Made by a program: the position numbers and the translations under genes. Shown here piece after piece: positions 42,881-45,737 of a DNA stretch of 45,737 nt. Position 1 is the stretch's first letter. Each line of letters begins with the position of its first letter. The stretch comes from Candidatus Aenigmatarchaeota archaeon. Lineage in GTDB: Archaea > Aenigmatarchaeota > Aenigmatarchaeia > QMZP01 > JAFGSV01. The DNA lies in assembly GCA_021163005.1 (NCBI GenBank), contig JAGGXP010000023.1, positions 1 through 45,737 of the forward strand, written 5' to 3'. The notes beneath the pieces are model-generated. The model saw only the letters and a program-made list of their open reading frames with translations. It did not search any database and was not told the origin of the DNA.

Positions 42881-45737
42881 TTATTCACTCCCGCCATCGT
42901 CTTTCTCCTTCGCTTCAATGTACTTACGCTTCCATTCAAGATATTCTGAGGTCACCTTCTCTTTCTGCGGGGCAGATGCCCGGCGGACAGGGGCTGTGCC
43001 GGCCTTTCGGTTTCCTTCCCTTCGCAGCATCCAGTCCCTGAAGGACCCGAAGCTGAAGAATTCCATTTCACTGTGCTGCATGAGCTGCTTGAGTTCGGAT
43101 TGAAGCATGGTCATCTCATCCTTTCTCTTCTGGACGTTCTTCCTGTACGTGTCCTCGTCTATCTTCCTTTGCGTGTAGTCCCTTTCAGTCTCTTTTATGG
43201 TGTCCTTTATGCTTTTTATCCTGCCCTCCAGGTGAGACATGCGCCTTTTCCGTTTCAGAGGAGGCATGATGACGCCTGTCACTGTGTAGAGCATCATCAC
43301 GGCTAACACAATCTCCGCTGCCATGTAAGGCCAGCTCATGTAAATGAGCCCCTGCAGCCTGGGTATGAAAGAGTTGTCCTCTATGGCTGCCAGGAAATCC
43401 TCTGAAAGCGAAAGGTGCTGGGCAAGCATGTCCACGTTGTCCGCTTCGGCGGCGTTTCTGGCCGCATCGAGTGAGTTGCCGAGCTGTTCCATGCGCCTTT
43501 TGAGCCCCGTCACGTCAATGCCCATGGACTCCAGCAGCACTGTCTGCTCCTGCATCTTTTCCCTCTGCGTTTCAAGGGCTTCCAGCCGGGCCATGTCATC
43601 GTTCTTCTGCACCACAATCCTCATGCCGGCGGTCTTGTTGAACTCTTTCTCGGTGAAAGTCACGGTCATCACGTACTCGCCGGGCTCCTGCGAGAGCGGT
43701 GCATGGACGACAACCGGAACGGTCACCTGCGTCTTCTGCGGCAGGCTGAATGAAGAAAACGGGGGGAAGGCCTCGCAGCAGCCGAGGTCTATAAGCAGGC
43801 CGAGGCTGAAGTCCTTGTTTCCGGTGTTCTCCACGGTGAATATGGCCGTGGCGTTCTTTCCCTGGGTGACATCTATGCTGTCAGTCTCTGCTGCTGCCTT
43901 GAAGTTCTTCCTGTCAGTGCACACGGACAGAGGGATGCACCTCGACTCTGCCTCGCATCCGGCAGGCGTGCACACCCTTTCCTGGTACATCTCGCCGTCC
44001 GTGCAGTTCCCCGAGCCGCAGCCCAGATTCTTCCATGACGTGCAGTTGCAGGCGGGCGGCGGGCTGCTGTAGCTGCTTCCGCCTCCCCCGCCGTTGTAGG
44101 TGTCCGAAGGCTTGTCCACGGTCTTCAGGTTCAGCGTCGTCAGGGGAGCGGTGTTGTTCTTCGGGTCTGTGACATTCACAGTAATTGAGAAAGATGTGCT
44201 GTAAGTGCCGGCCGCGTTGCATCTGTTCGTGCTGTCTGAGGTGTTGAGTATGTATTCGCTCCCTGATTTTATGAGGGTGAATGTGTTGCCGGAACATGTA
44301 AGGTTCACCGTGACATCCCATGGCACGGCGGTGCCCCTTGCCGTCTTCACCACCACGTGCGGCTCAAGCTCCTGGTTTGGCTGGTAATAGCTGCTCTCCG
44401 AGGGCGATGTGAACTCCACTGTAAGCACATCGCTCACATTGAAAGCGAACGCTGCAGAACCGTTGTTGAGCGTTTCCGAGGCGTTTATCCATGCCGTCCA
44501 GTTGCCGACAGGAGCCGACACGTTGAGCGTGTAGTTGAAGTATGTGGCGTTCTCTCCGGATGAGGAGGTGTTCGAGGTCTCGTTGTACCCCAGAACAGTG
44601 AGCGTCCAGTTTGCCCTTTCATAGATGAACCAGTTGACGTCGTAAGCGGAGAACGTCAGGTTCTCGCCCCTGTTGTACACGGTTTTATTGGATTCCCAGT
44701 GCGTCAGGTTTATGTGCATTGTGGCGTTCGGATTGAGCGTCCCTCCAGGGCCGGGGACGTTGGTGTAATTCATATTGCCCCCTGCATCCGTCAGGTAGAA
44801 GTAAAAAGACATGCTTGAGTTGACAGACCTCGTCGGGTCTGAGTTGTCGAACGAGAACCGCCAGAGTCCGTCTGGTCCCCTCGCAAGCGTATGGTTTATG
44901 ACAGTCGGTCCGTCGGAAGTCACCTCGGCAATCACGCTTTCGACGCGGCTGGTGCTGTCGCTGGCATTAACGACCAGTGTGACGTTCCTGTAATAGCCGG
45001 TTTCATAAAAGCTGCCGGATTTGTTTTCGAGCCTATGGCCTTCATACTCAAACCAGTCCTCCGCGAGATATGGCCTGTCGCTGTCCGCTATCACGTAAAC
45101 AGTGGCGTTGGACGCGTTGTCATTGCTGGCGTTGTACCGGATCCGCGGGTCGTCCGTTATGTTGCACAGGACTGAGTAGTTCCCGCTTTTAGGCGATGCG
45201 TCCGTGTACACGAAGTTCGCCCAGCCGCTTGAATTTGTAAGGACGCTGCCGTTGAACGAGCCGTTGATGTAGAAGCTGACATTGTAGCCGGGGACCCCCG
45301 CACCGCTGTAGGTGTCATTCACAAAGCATGACACCAAGTGCGTCGTGCCGTTCACTATGGTGATGTTCTCTTCATGAATCGAGCCGTTCACCGTTATGCC
45401 GCCAATGCTCGCGTTGCTCCACAGGTAGAACCAGAGAGCATCCCGCGTGTAGTTCTGCTGGAAGAAGTCGTCGAAAGCCTTCAGCCTCACGCTGACATTC
45501 CCGCCGAGAGGGAACAGCGTGCAGTTGGAGAAGTTCAGCGTGGCGTTCGTCCAGTTGTCATTGGAATCCGCATGATTGAACCAAAACTCGTTCACATGGC
45601 CGCTGTCATTCACCCACACATAGGAACTGTTAACCCCGCTGGCGTTCCACAACGCGGACGCGTTCAGCACATCCTGCCTACTGAAGTTCTCTCCATCAGA
45701 TACAATATCCCCCGTGCTGTTCGTCAGATTAAACCAC
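42881..45737 (-). CDS. very large surface glycoprotein, 5' end outside window
   Basis: The frame stays open to the window edge (WFNLTNSTGD...). Dense N-x-S/T sequons, Ig-like repeats, a GGGGG linker, a Cys-rich module, a coiled coil and a TM helix near the C-terminus. Confidence 0.88.
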   Translation of the reverse strand, partial: WFNLTNSTGDIVSDGENFSRQDVLNASALWNASGVNSSYVWVNDSGHVNEFWFNHADSNDNWTNATLNFSNCTLFPLGGNVSVRLKAFDDFFQQNYTRDALWFYLWSNASIGGITVNGSIHEENITIVNGTTHLVSCFVNDTYSGAGVPGYNVSFYINGSFNGSVLTNSSGWANFVYTDASPKSGNYSVLCNITDDPRIRYNASNDNASNATVYVIADSDRPYLAEDWFEYEGHRLENKSGSFYETGYYRNVTLVVNASDSTSRVESVIAEVTSDGPTVINHTLARGPDGLWRFSFDNSDPTRSVNSSMSFYFYLTDAGGNMNYTNVPGPGGTLNPNATMHINLTHWESNKTVYNRGENLTFSAYDVNWFIYERANWTLTVLGYNETSNTSSSGENATYFNYTLNVSAPVGNWTAWINASETLNNGSAAFAFNVSDVLTVEFTSPSESSYYQPNQELEPHVVVKTARGTAVPWDVTVNLTCSGNTFTLIKSGSEYILNTSDSTNRCNAAGTYSTSFSITVNVTDPKNNTAPLTTLNLKTVDKPSDTYNGGGGGSSYSSPPPACNCTSWKNLGCGSGNCTDGEMYQERVCTPAGCEAESRCIPLSVCTDRKNFKAAAETDSIDVTQGKNATAIFTVENTGNKDFSLGLLIDLGCCEAFPPFSSFSLPQKTQVTVPVVVHAPLSQEPGEYVMTVTFTEKEFNKTAGMRIVVQKNDDMARLEALETQREKMQEQTVLLESMGIDVTGLKRRMEQLGNSLDAARNAAEADNVDMLAQHLSLSEDFLAAIEDNSFIPRLQGLIYMSWPYMAAEIVLAVMMLYTVTGVIMPPLKRKRRMSHLEGRIKSIKDTIKETERDYTQRKIDEDTYRKNVQKRKDEMTMLQSELKQLMQHSEMEFFSFGSFRDWMLRREGNRKAGTAPVRRASAPQKEKVTSEYLEWKRKYIEAKEKDDGGSE

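Overview
Archaeal chromosomal window, about 50% GC. It most resembles a DPANN lineage (possibly Aenigmarchaeota-like; inferred from gene content, not from a tree). Housekeeping content: the RNA polymerase operon rpoH-rpoB-rpoA'-rpoA'', a detached rpl6-rpl32e pair, PolB, glmS/gap/glmU, tRNA-modification genes, a stand-alone 5S rRNA, both archaeal- and bacterial-type GAPDH, a divergent PGK and an OPT transporter coupled to a type II pantothenate kinase. A stack of toxin-antitoxin/defence cassettes sits at the 3' end of a very large surface-protein gene. The most striking signal is RNA-based. All four tRNA genes (Pro-CGG, Tyr-GTA, Asp-GTC, Lys-TTT) carry bulge-helix-bulge (BHB) introns, eight in total, and each has one in the T-loop. 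The T-loop introns of Pro, Tyr and Asp share a homologous module with a covarying hairpin. The tRNA-Lys T-loop intron is 500 nt, non-coding, and contains four ~49-nt hairpin units. Two more copies of that unit lie in antisense orientation just downstream of the epsilon2-type tRNA splicing endonuclease gene (endA), 24 kb away.
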